DNA of 64,000 nucleotides from Bryobacterales bacterium (GCA_963422375.2 OY729428.2:544001-608000), one strand, 5' to 3'; shown: positions 51,337 through 60,965, counted from the first letter of the stretch. Numbers and translations are program-made. Notes: generated by a model from the sequence alone, not told the origin.

Positions 51337-52176
51337 ATGCCGCAGCCCGACTCACCTCGGCCCGTTCCGTCGCCGGCCTACGTGCCGGAACCTGCTGCAA
51401 GGCCATTGCGCATAGCGCGGCCTTGGGTCGACGAGGAGATTGAGTACCCGAGTTCGGACGGCAAGCCGATGGCGGAGAGCGGGCCACAGCGTCAGGTGAT
51501 GATCGAGGTCCACGAGGGCCTGCGACTGTATCTTCAGGAGCGCCGGGACGACTTCGTGCTGGAGTGCGACCTGCTGATCTACTACGAGGAGAGGAATCCG
51601 AAGGCGTCGGTGGCGCCGGACATATTCGTGGTCCTGGGCGTGCCCGGCGGCAAGCGGCTCACTTATCTGCTCTGGAAGGAGGGCAAGCCGCCGGACTTCG
51701 TCTTGGAAGTGGCCTCGAGCAGCACCTACCAGCACGACAACGACTGGAAGGCAGCTCTGTACGCGCGACTCGGCGTGCGCGAGTACTGGCAGTTTGACGT
51801 GAAGGGGGGCCTGCTTGATCCGCGGCTCAAGGCGGGCCGTCTTGTCAGCGGCGCGTACGAGCCGCTGCAAGCGATCCCGTCGCCTGTCGGGGAGCTGTGG
51901 ATGTACAGCGAAGTGCTGGGCGTGCAGCTGCGGTTCGACGGGGGGAGTCGGCTGCTGGTATGGGATCCGTACCAAGAGAGGTACCTGTCGACAGACCATG
52001 AGAAGGCACGTGCGGACGACGCGGCGAGACGGGCGGAGGGTGAGTCTATTCGTGCAGCCGAAGCGGAGCGCAAGGAAATGGCGTCGCGGGCGGAATTGTT
52101 GGAAGAGAGGCGCCTCAGAGAGGAATTGCAGGCGCACGTCGACCGACTGATGGCAGCACGAAGCCAATACAAGTGA
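51337..52176 (+). CDS. Uma2-family PD-(D/E)XK endonuclease with coiled-coil tail
   Basis: YPSSDGKPMAES, DLLIYYE, VAPDIFVV.G, EGKPPDFVLEVAS.ST, YARLGVREYW.FD; start could be 51304. Confidence 0.9.
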   Translation: MPQPDSPRPVPSPAYVPEPAARPLRIARPWVDEEIEYPSSDGKPMAESGPQRQVMIEVHEGLRLYLQERRDDFVLECDLLIYYEERNPKASVAPDIFVVLGVPGGKRLTYLLWKEGKPPDFVLEVASSSTYQHDNDWKAALYARLGVREYWQFDVKGGLLDPRLKAGRLVSGAYEPLQAIPSPVGELWMYSEVLGVQLRFDGGSRLLVWDPYQERYLSTDHEKARADDAARRAEGESIRAAEAERKEMASRAELLEERRLREELQAHVDRLMAARSQYK

Positions 52177-52221
52177 TTCGTGATCTGGCTGGTGCCTGTT
52201 TGGCAGCACGGATACAGGCAG

Positions 52222-53624
52222 GTAAGGGCTCTCGCCGAAATAACTAGTGCCCGTGACAAAACTTGTATCCCCTTGACAAAAAAGGCGTTAGGTCCAACCT
52301 CTCAAGGCGAAGATTTCGCTGGAATGCTACGACTAATCCGAAATCCAGGCGATTCTGGGTAGTGCGCGGGAATCCTCGCGATTGGCGTCTGAGCAACTTC
52401 CCACCTTGGGCCCAATATGTTGTGTTTGAAGATCCATCTGACCTCAGGATGTAGTATGAAATGCTGATTGGGCGAAAATTCAGGGGTCTTATCATAAGAA
52501 CTAACTATTCCAAGACGGGCCTCGGTTTGCTACGCTGCCGGAGATGGAGGACCCGGCAGACGTCATCAAGGCGAAGTTCGATGCGCTGCAGCCGGTACTG
52601 GACGAGAGGACCCGCCGCCTGTAGGCGGCGGCCGAGGCGAGTGCCCTCGATCGGGGCGGGATCAGCTGCGTGGCCCGGGCCATCCGCATTTCGCACAGCA
52701 CCGTGCGCGCCGGCGTGCGGGAATTGCAAGCGGGCCTGCCCGCCTCGTCACGGGGGCGGGCGGGCGCAAGCCTCTCACCGAGCTCGACCCGGAACTGTTG
52801 CGAGGTCTCGACCGCAAGCTCGAGCCCCTCGCCCGCGGCGACCCCCAAGTGCCGCTGCGCCGGACCTGCAGCAGCTTGGCACGCGAGCTGCAGAAGGAAG
52901 GCCACGCGACGAGCGAGCGGACCGTGAACCGGCTGCTGCCCGGGCCGGGCTGCAGCCTGCAAGCGAACCGCAAGACCTTGCAAGGCCGGCAGCATCCGGA
53001 CCGGGACACTCAGTTCCGTCACATCACCGCCAAGGTGCAGGCATTTCCAGAGACGGGGCCAGCCCGTGGTCTCGGTCGACACCAAGCGTAAGGAATTGGC
53101 GGGACGCGACCGCAACGGCGGACGCGATTGGCGGCCGCAGGGGCAGCCCGAGGAAGTCGACACGCATGACTTCCCGGACCAGGAACTGGGCTAGGCGATA
53201 CCGTCTGGAATCTACGACTTGGCCGCGACGTCGGCTGGGTCAGCGTGGGCACGGACCATAACACGGCCGAGTTCGCCGTCGCAACACTCAGGCGCTGGTG
53301 GCGTGCGATGGGACGTCGAGCCCATCCCGGAACCGAGCGCCTGCTGGCGACAGCCGACGGGGGCGGGTCCAACGGCAGTCGCAACCGGCTGTGGAAACTG
53401 GAGCTGCAGGGGCTGGCCGACGAGCTTGGGTTGCGGGTGTCGGTGCGTCACTTTCCGCCGGGAACGAGCAGGTGGAACAAGATCGAGCACCGCATGTTCT
53501 GCCACGTCACGCAGAACTCGCTGGGGCGGCCGCTCGTGAGTCGCGAGGTCGTGGTCAACCTGATGGAGGCAGTGACGCCGGAAGCCGCGCTCTCGGTCCG
53601 CTCGGAACTGGACGAGAATACCTA
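52222..53624 (+). mobile_element. ISAzo13-family element, degenerate; left end interrupted by MITE copy 2, 3' end truncated by an ISNCY element
   Basis: Left end aagggctctcgccgaaataacta[MITE]ttcc; transposase from ATG 52544: LDERTRRL*AAAEA...RGDP..PLR.T...SLQANRKT..G..HPDRD.QF...SVDTK.KEL...HDFPD...DH.T.EFAV...TADGGGSNG.R.RLWK.ELQ...HFPPGTS.WNKIEHRMF. Confidence 0.9.
52247..52501. mobile_element. 255-bp MITE, copy 2 (opposite orientation to copy 1)
   Basis: Reverse-complement homolog of 5106-5360, same length; flanked by taacta on both sides (52241-52246, 52502-52507); one IR eroded. Confidence 0.9.
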
Positions 53625-54460
53625 GTGCTTGTGACAAAACTGATATTTCGGGGATTCTAGCCGCTATATCCTGACCAAATGATAGCTATGGAAGGGACAT
53701 ACTTCGCCAACTATCCGAACTCATTGCCTCATATTCCATTCTTATTGTGAGGATATATCTAGTTATATCCTAGTTGTACAATTTTCCTTAACCTTGTCTC
53801 TTAAAGGTTTCACTTCAGAGCACTAAAGATCGCTATTTACAGCCTATATAGCCGGAGAAAAGGGTCCCAACTTGAGACGCTACCTCTCTCTGTATCGTAG
53901 GATACGGCCCACTCGATGCACGTTCTATGTCAGCACTTCCAGCCCGATCATCCGCTCGAATCCCTCCGCTACCCGGTCCACCACTCGGTTCATACCGCAG
54001 CACTCAAGATTGTTAATCGCTGACTCCACTGCCGGGTGAGCTTGCCTCGCAGCCACGAATTCAGGCGCGCCTTCCGCCGCCTTCGCCGCCTTCTACAGCC
54101 TCCCCTTTCGCGGCATCTCGTTGCACGGGAGCAGCTCCTCCAAGCGCGTCTGGTTCGCCTGTCTGTGAAAGCCCTTGTCAAAGCTTCAGCTCGACAACCC
54201 CGCGTACAGACCCTGCTCTCCCTCGACGCTTCCCATCGCTATGTCTACGTCGATTCCATTCCACATCACTTCGTAATTCATCACGAATCCGTGCTCGATT
54301 TCCACGATGCATACCGACACGCCCAGCTCCACGGGCACCTCCGCTCTTCCTTTCACGCACCAGCGCGTGTATTCCTCGAAGATCGAGAACACTTTCTCCT
54401 CGTGCGGGATCTTCTCCCCCCGCAGCACGCGCCGCTCCACTTGGTCCGCCGGTCCCCTGT
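53625..54460 (-). mobile_element. ISNCY (ISLbi1-like) element, 3' part with degenerate transposase
   Basis: End gtgcttgtgacaaaa identical to the MITE copy 1 IR; DQVERRVLRGEKIPHEEKVFSIFE.YT.W..KG.A.VPVELG..VCI...GF...DKGFH...AVESAIN.LE. Confidence 0.85.
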
Positions 54461-54784
54461 GGCGGCACGGAGCTAACCCCGCGGTATACAGAACGCCTCC
54501 CACGCGCCGGGCAGAGGCCGGCGAAGGACCCCCGAGACGCCCGTCACAACCCGCGCAGGGACTGCTGGACAGATGGCCTCCGGCAGGCGTCGTCTGACGG
54601 CGATTGCGCCGGCGCGCGGGAAATCGGACAACTTCCGGGACGCTTCGAGGAGACCGCGGGGATTCTCCGGCCTGCCGGCGGCGCGGCCGTCGCGGGGAGG
54701 GCCGAGCGCACGTTCACGCGGGGCGATGGCGCAGTGGGTGCTAGAGTGACTTGGTTGCGCGCTCGCGCTCGGTGACCGCTTGGA

Positions 54785-55420
54785 TTGACCACTAGGCTGA
54801 TCGAGACGCAGCTTGACGAGCCGGACGGCCGCGCTGTGGACGCCACGGTCGCAGCAGTGCAGGAAGGCGAGGTCGTCGCGATCCCCAGCGACGCCCTCTA
54901 CGTGCTGGTGGCGGACCCGTTCAACTTGAACGCGGTCGCGAAGGTCTTCGAGGCGAAGCGCCGCGAACTGCACCGCTCCCTGCCGCTGCTGGTCGACGGA
55001 GTGGCGATGGCGGAGGACTACGCCTCGCGGCTGCCTTCCAGCTTCTACCTGCTGGCGCAGCGATTCTGGCCGGGACCCCTCACCGTAATCGTCCCCGCCT
55101 CGTCGAAGATCCCTCTGCGCGTGACCGGCAACACGGGCCGGCTCGCACTGCGCCGCTCCGCATCCGCACTGGTCAGGCAGCTGGTCGAGCGGGCGGGGAC
55201 GCCGCTCGTCGCAACGAGCGCCAACGTCTCGGGCCGACCGACCTGCCGGAGCGGGTTCGAGGTGCTCGGCACGATGGACGGGCGCATCCACATGATCTTG
55301 GACGGCGGGGTAATCGAGGGACAGGCGGCGACGACCGTCGACATCACCCCGACGCGGTGGCGGCTGATCCGGGAGGGCGGTGTCTCCCGGTCCGCCATCG
55401 ATTCCTGCTTGGCCGCCTAG
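54785..55420 (+). CDS. tsaC: L-threonylcarbamoyladenylate synthase (Sua5/YrdC/TsaC family)
   Basis: VVAIPSD.LY, K.R....LP, FWPGPLT, PLVATSANVSG, TTVDIT, IREG. Confidence 0.9.
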   Translation: MTTRLIETQLDEPDGRAVDATVAAVQEGEVVAIPSDALYVLVADPFNLNAVAKVFEAKRRELHRSLPLLVDGVAMAEDYASRLPSSFYLLAQRFWPGPLTVIVPASSKIPLRVTGNTGRLALRRSASALVRQLVERAGTPLVATSANVSGRPTCRSGFEVLGTMDGRIHMILDGGVIEGQAATTVDITPTRWRLIREGGVSRSAIDSCLAA

Positions 55421-55897
55421 CTGCGACTGCGGGACCCGGCCCGGCGCGGGGGCGGAGCCTCGGACACTCCCGGGCAGGGCCTCGCTCGAGCCCATAGATG
55501 ACACCGTGTTGCAGATTGTAGTACTCTGCAGGCAGTTGGCGGCGCGACCGCGACCGTTCGAGCATCGCGAAGCAGATTATTTCAGCGGATATCGATGCTC
55601 TCTTGGAGTCCGGTCGACAGAGATTCGCGCTCGCCCGGTTTCTGCAGAAGTATTGCACTTCCACGGTGCCAAAGGCGCCACGCAGCCGGCTTGGCTGCCG
55701 GCCCCGCGACTGCAACCTAGAGGTACAACATGCATTGCGCGCCCGCCCTGCCGGACCGGAACGAAAGCTCCGGTTCCGTCACGCCCCGCTGCCCAAGCTC
55801 GACCGCCTCGGGCTCCCGGCGCCGGACATCCGAGGTAATGCCGTCCGACAGCAGTTGCGCTGGCTCGCGCCGGGGGGCGTGCCAGCCGAATTCGACG

Positions 55898-56575
55898 ATG
55901 CTGACTGCCCCGAATCCGTCGCGCACTGACCTCGGGCGACCAGCCGACGGCACGGCGGGGAACGCCGGCGCGAGCGGGCCCGTTCCCGAGTCCAGCGGAG
56001 CCGCCGGCAGGCGCCCGGCCTCTCCCCCGAGCTGGAGCCGACGGGCTGTGCTGGGCACCTTGGCCGCGCCGGCCGCAACCCTCCCGGCACCGTGGGCCGA
56101 ATTCCTCGGGAACGGCGCCCTGTCGCTCGCCGACGGGCGGGCCATCCCAGTGGAATGGTCCGACGAGCGCAACCTGCAGTGGAAGACCGACTTGCCCGGG
56201 TACGGCCAGTCCAGTCCAGTAGCCGTCGGCGGCAAGGCCTTCGTGACCGGCGTCGACGGGCCGAGCAAGGAAGCCCTGTTGGTCACGGCGGTCTCGCTGG
56301 AAAGCGGTCAGCCGCTCTGGATCCACCGGTCGGCGTCCTTCCAGCGAATCAAGGATTCCCGCATGGTCAGCAAGGCCGCCCCGACGCCCGCCGTCGACGC
56401 CTTCTTCGAGACGGGCAACCTGCTAGCGATCAGCCACGACGGCGACACGCTCTGGGAGCGGAAGCTAGCGCAGGACTTCGGCGAGTTCGGCGGGCGGCAC
56501 GGGATCGGCAGCTCGCTGCGCTTGTGCCACGCCGGGGTCCTGGCGCTCGTCGCGCACGACCGCCCCTCGTACCTG
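55898..56575 (+). pseudogene. PQQ-binding-like (BamB-type) beta-propeller, N-terminal part
   Basis: WAEFLG, P.EWS...NLQWKTDLPG.GQSSPV, AAPTPAVD, G..LWER, G.GSS; interrupted by an IS at ~56575; start uncertain. Confidence 0.8.
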
Positions 56576-57671
56576 ATTTCAGCGATTCTCAATTTGGGCA
56601 TTTGGGGATTTCCAGAGTGTCTGAGAAAGGTGTCGAAGGCAGTCTGGCACTTGACTTTTCCTAGCGGAATTTGTGAGCTAGGGTGAATGCCCCATGTCCT
56701 GGACTCGCCGCTGAGCGCCTTCCGCGAGACGGCCGCCGGCCTGCCCGACCGGCGCGACGGTCGCAGCAACAAGCGCTACGAGGTCAGCGACGCCGCCGGT
56801 TGCGCCCTGGTGCGCCCCGGCCTGCTTCTGCACCCGGTGCGAGTCGTTGCTCGCGTTCCAGCGGCGCATGGAGCGGGACGGCTCCCGCTCCAACTGCCGG
56901 ACCCTGTTCGGCGCGGGCCGCATCCCCTGCGACAACCGGATCCGCAACTTGCTCGACGACCTCGACCCGGCCGCGTTCGACCCGCCGTTCCGGCCGTGCC
57001 TCGCAACCGTGGCCGCGCAGGGCGCGCTCGAGCCCTTCCAGCGCCTCGACGGGCGCCTGCCGGCGGCTCCGGACGGCGTCCGGTTCCACCGCTCCGACAG
57101 GGTGCATTGCCCGCAGTGCTCGGTGCGGCGCGTCGGCAGCGAGCGCCGGCCGCATCACTTCCACGCCATGGCCGTCGGCCACCGCGGTGGCCGACGGCCA
57201 CGCCACCGTCCTGCCGCTGATGCCCGAGTTCGCGCGCCCGCAGCAGGACGCGGCCGCGACCCGCGCCGACATGAGCGAGGACGAGCGCAAGCGGGACTGC
57301 GAGCGCCACGCCGCCAAGCGCTGGCTCGCCGCTCACGGCGCCTGGCTGCAGGCCTGCCGCCCCGTCCTGCCGGGCGACGACCTGCACTGCTGCCAGCCGG
57401 TCTGCGAGGCCGCCGCGGCGGCCGGCATGGACTGCGTCCGGGTATGCAAGCCCCGATCCCGCAAGCACTTGCACGAGGTGCCGGAGAGCCGGCGGGCGAG
57501 CGGCGCGGTGCGCTCGACCGGCGGGCTGCCGCAGCGCGGGAAGGGCAAGCGGTCCGAGCGGCACCGTTTCCGCCGGACGGCCGCGGTGCCCCTGCGCCAG
57601 GGCCGCGACGCCCTGCGGGGCACTTGGCTCGAGTACGCCGTGGAGCGCGACGGCAAGCGCACCTGCGCCAA
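56575..57671 (+). mobile_element. ISNCY (ISPlu15-like) element, frameshifted transposase, 3' end deleted
   Basis: AT-rich left end, then LPDRR.G.N.RY..SDA; LAFQRRM....RSNC.TLFG..RIPCDN.IRNLLD; DG..F..S..VHCPQC; LPLMPEF..PQ; DCE..AAKRW; GDDL.CCQP. Confidence 0.82.
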
Positions 57672-58290
57672 CATCTGGAAGGCCGACCGCCCCGAGGGCG
57701 TCTCTTGGAGCACGCCGGCCGCGAGATCGCGCTCGTCAGCGCGGGCGAGGCGCTCGAAGCGTATGACAGCGTATGACAACGAGGACGGATCGCCGCTGTG
57801 GCGAGTGGAGGGAATGGAGGGGGCGTTCATCTCGTCTCCCGTGCCCTGGGAGGGCGGGGCGCTCGCGGGCTCGAGCAGCAAGGGCCGCAGCGTCGCCCTC
57901 AGGTTCGGGCCCGGCGCCCGCGACCAGCCCGCGGTAGCGTGGCGGGCCGCTGACGGCTCCTCGTACTTCGGCTCGCCGCTGGTTCATCGGGGCCGTGTCT
58001 ACATGGTGAGCAAGGCCGGCGTGGCGCACTGCCTGCGCGCGACCACGGGCGAGACGGTCTGGCACGCCCGCCTCGCAGGCCAGTGCTGGGCTTCCGCGAT
58101 CGGCGGCGGGGACCGCATCTACTTCTTCGCGGTCGACGGGGTCACCGAGGTGGTGTCCGCGAGCGACGAGTTCTCGCGCAAGGCCGCGAACCGCCTGACC
58201 GCCCGCGGGCGCCTGTACGGCGTCGCGGCGGTCGAGGACGGCTTCCTCCTCCGCTACGGGCGGGAGCTGGCCCGGGTCGGCCGCGGCTGA
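57672..58290 (+). pseudogene. PQQ-binding-like beta-propeller, C-terminal part
   Basis: IWKADRP.GVSWSTP...AYD..DGSPLW...FISSPV...SSYFGSPLV...CL.A.TGE.VW..RL.G.CWAS; carries frameshifts including a 10-bp duplication. Confidence 0.8.
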
Positions 58291-58365
58291 CAGGCCCGTG
58301 CAGTTGGCTGCGGGCCGTATACTGGGGTTTTCTTGATGCCGCGCAGACGCGGCCGGAGGCATTCC

Positions 58366-59211
58366 ATGGGAGATTACGCGCACCCCGAGGTGCTGGTCAG
58401 CACCGACTGGGTCGCAGCGCATGCCGGGGACCGGAGCGTGAGGGTCGTCGAGGTGGACGTGAATACGGCCTCGTACGATGAGGGGCACGTCCCCGGAGCG
58501 GTCGGCTGGGCGTGGGACAGGCAGCTGTGCGACACCGTGCAGCGGGACATCGCGCCCAAGGCCGCGTTCGAGCGGCTCATGGCCGCCAGCGGGATCGCCG
58601 CCGACACGACCGTCGTGCTCTACGGCGACAACAACAACTGGTTCGCGGCCTGGGCCTTCTGGCAGCTGAAGATCTACGGCCACGCGGACGCGCGCCTGAT
58701 GAACGGAGGGCGCAGCAAATGGCTCGCGGAGGGACGCGAGCTGTCCGCGGACGCACCCGAGGCCGGCCAGGGCACCTACGTCGCTTCCGAACCCGACTAC
58801 TCGCTGCGGGCGTTTCTCCCGCAGGTCCGCGACGCGGTGGACGCGGGCAGCGTCGAGCTCGTCGATGTGCGCAGCCCCGCCGAGTTCAGCGGCGAGATCC
58901 TCGCGCCGCCGGGCCTGCCGGAGACCTGCCAGCGGGGCGGCCATATCCCCGGCGCCAGCAACATCCCGTGGGGCAAGGCGTGCAACGCCGACGGCACCTT
59001 CAAGAGCGCCGGCGAGCTGCGCCAGATCTATTCCGACGCGGGGATCTCGGGATCCAAGCCCGTGATCGCGTACTGCCGGATCGGCGAGCGGTCCAGCCAT
59101 TCGTGGTTCGTCCTGAAGTACCTGCTTGGACAGCAGGGCGTGACCAACTACGACGGCTCCTGGACCGAGTGGGGCAACTTGGTCGGCGCGCCGGTCGAGC
59201 GAGGCGCATGA
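58366..59211 (+). CDS. Two-domain rhodanese / thiosulfate sulfurtransferase
   Basis: YAHPEVLVSTDWV, Y..GHVPGA, LVDVRSP.EF.GE, GGHIPGA, active site YCRIGERSS, NYDGSWTEWG. Confidence 0.95.
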   Translation: MGDYAHPEVLVSTDWVAAHAGDRSVRVVEVDVNTASYDEGHVPGAVGWAWDRQLCDTVQRDIAPKAAFERLMAASGIAADTTVVLYGDNNNWFAAWAFWQLKIYGHADARLMNGGRSKWLAEGRELSADAPEAGQGTYVASEPDYSLRAFLPQVRDAVDAGSVELVDVRSPAEFSGEILAPPGLPETCQRGGHIPGASNIPWGKACNADGTFKSAGELRQIYSDAGISGSKPVIAYCRIGERSSHSWFVLKYLLGQQGVTNYDGSWTEWGNLVGAPVERGA

Positions 59212-59426
59212 AGGCCGAGCACTACACGGTCCGGAGCGCCGAGCTGGCCGGCTGGCCGGTGCGCCTGACGACCTACCGGATCGGGGCGACCTGGCACGCC
59301 AAGGCGGACAACGTGTCGCCGGGCGCGAGCATTGCGGCCGTCCGGGCGGACACGCTCGAGGATGCGCTGGGCGCCGTCACGGAGAAGGCGCGGGCCCGAC
59401 TCGCAGCCACGCGGCGCGTCGGCTGA
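59208..59426 (+). CDS. Small hypothetical protein (72 aa) translationally coupled to the sulfurtransferase
   Basis: ATGA overlap; MKAEHYTVRSAELAGWPVRLTTYRIG...ADNVSPGA...; fills the gap to the next gene. Confidence 0.7.
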   Translation: MKAEHYTVRSAELAGWPVRLTTYRIGATWHAKADNVSPGASIAAVRADTLEDALGAVTEKARARLAATRRVG

Positions 59427-59431
59427 GAGCG

Positions 59432-60025
59432 ATGCGGGTACAGATCTTCGCTGACATCCACGGCGACGCGGCCAGCCTGCGGCGGGCGGTAGCGGTCGAG
59501 GCCGACCTCTACATCGCCGCGGGGGACCTCGTCACCTGGCCGGCCCCTCTCGACCCCTTGGCGGGCGCCCTCGCGCACCTCGGCGAGAGGCTCTGGGTGA
59601 TGCCCGGCAACAACGAGACAGAACAGCAGGTCCGGGACTTCTGCGAGGCGCACGGCTTCGTCAGCTTCCATTCGACGGCCCGCGAAATCGCGGGCCATCA
59701 CTTCGTGGGGCTCGGCTACTCCAACCCGACTCCGTTCGACACGCCCGGAGAATACGAGGAGAGCGAGATCGCCGAGCGCCTCGGGCGCTTCGCCCGCCTC
59801 TCGCCCCAAGTCCTGGTCTCCCACGCGCCGCCGCAGGGCACCCCCTTGGACGAGGCGGCACCCGGGCTGCACTTCGGCAGCAGTGCCGTGCGGAACTACA
59901 TCGACGAGCACCGGCCGGACTACTGCTTCTGCGGCCACATTCACGAGGGGGCCGGCCGGATCGTCCGGCTTGGACCGACTCTCGCGTCAAACGTCGGCAA
60001 GGCCGGCTACCTACTGGAACTGTAG
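59432..60025 (+). CDS. Metallophosphoesterase (calcineurin-like)
   Basis: ADIHG, AGDL, PGNNE, SHAPP, CGHIHE. Confidence 0.9.
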   Translation: MRVQIFADIHGDAASLRRAVAVEADLYIAAGDLVTWPAPLDPLAGALAHLGERLWVMPGNNETEQQVRDFCEAHGFVSFHSTAREIAGHHFVGLGYSNPTPFDTPGEYEESEIAERLGRFARLSPQVLVSHAPPQGTPLDEAAPGLHFGSSAVRNYIDEHRPDYCFCGHIHEGAGRIVRLGPTLASNVGKAGYLLEL

Positions 60026-60098
60026 GCCGGGCGCGCGCCCTCCGTCGATTAAGATGGGAATTAGCCTCCGGCCCGCCGAGCCGGCCCGAGCCAGCCGC

Positions 60099-60935
60099 AT
60101 GTCCAGCCCGCCCCCAAGGGCAGCCATCGCGATGCCCGTGGCAGGCGATGCACCCGCCGCCAGACCCAGCTTCTGGCTCTGCGCCGCAACCTTGTGGCTG
60201 CGGGAGATCCAAGGCTTTTACCGCCAGCCGAGCCGGATCGCGGGCAGCCTGACCACGCCGCTGCTCTTCTGGTTCGTGCTGAGCTCCGGGTTCGGCTCCT
60301 CGCTGCTGGCCGAGGAGGGCGGGTACGCACTGTTCTTCTTTCCCGGGATGCTCGCTCTCGCGGTGCTGTTCACGTCGATCTTCGCCAACATCTCGCTGAT
60401 CGAGGACCGACGCGGGGGCTTCCTGCTCGGCGCTCTGGTGGCCCCGGTGTCGCGCCTGTCGCTCGTACTGGGCAAGGTCTGCGGCGCGACGACCCTCGGA
60501 ACGATCCAGGGGGCGCTGCTGCTGCCGCTGGCGCCGCTGGCCGGCCTGAGCATCGGGCTCGCGTCCCTGCCGACCACCTTCGCGATCCTGTTCCTGATGG
60601 CCCTGGGCCTGACCGCGCTGGGTTTCCTGTGCGCGTGGTGGCTCGGCTCGGTGCAGGGCTTCCACTCCATCATGAACCTCGTCCTGATGCCGATGTGGCT
60701 GATGTCGGGCGGCGTCTTCCCCATGGAGGGATCGTCAGCGTGGGTGCGCTGGCTGACGGCCGCGAACCCTCTCGCCTACGGGGTGGCCGAGCTGCGCCGG
60801 TCGCTGGGAGCGCCGGTTCCCGAGTCCGCGCCGTCCTCGGCCGCCTGCTGGCTCGTCCTCGGCGCCTTCGGGGCCGCGACGCTGGCCGCCTCGTGGCACC
60901 GGGCCTCCCGCACCGAGGCCTCCCAACTCGCGTGA
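60099..60935 (+). CDS. ABC-2 type exporter permease
   Basis: LWLREI..FYRQ.SR, FFFPG, SLIEDRR.GFL...LVAPVSR...LGK, PMW.MSG.VFP, NPL.YGV. Confidence 0.9.
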   Translation: MSSPPPRAAIAMPVAGDAPAARPSFWLCAATLWLREIQGFYRQPSRIAGSLTTPLLFWFVLSSGFGSSLLAEEGGYALFFFPGMLALAVLFTSIFANISLIEDRRGGFLLGALVAPVSRLSLVLGKVCGATTLGTIQGALLLPLAPLAGLSIGLASLPTTFAILFLMALGLTALGFLCAWWLGSVQGFHSIMNLVLMPMWLMSGGVFPMEGSSAWVRWLTAANPLAYGVAELRRSLGAPVPESAPSSAACWLVLGAFGAATLAASWHRASRTEASQLA

Positions 60936-60965
60936 AGGCCGCGCCGGAAGCCCCGAGAGCCAGGC

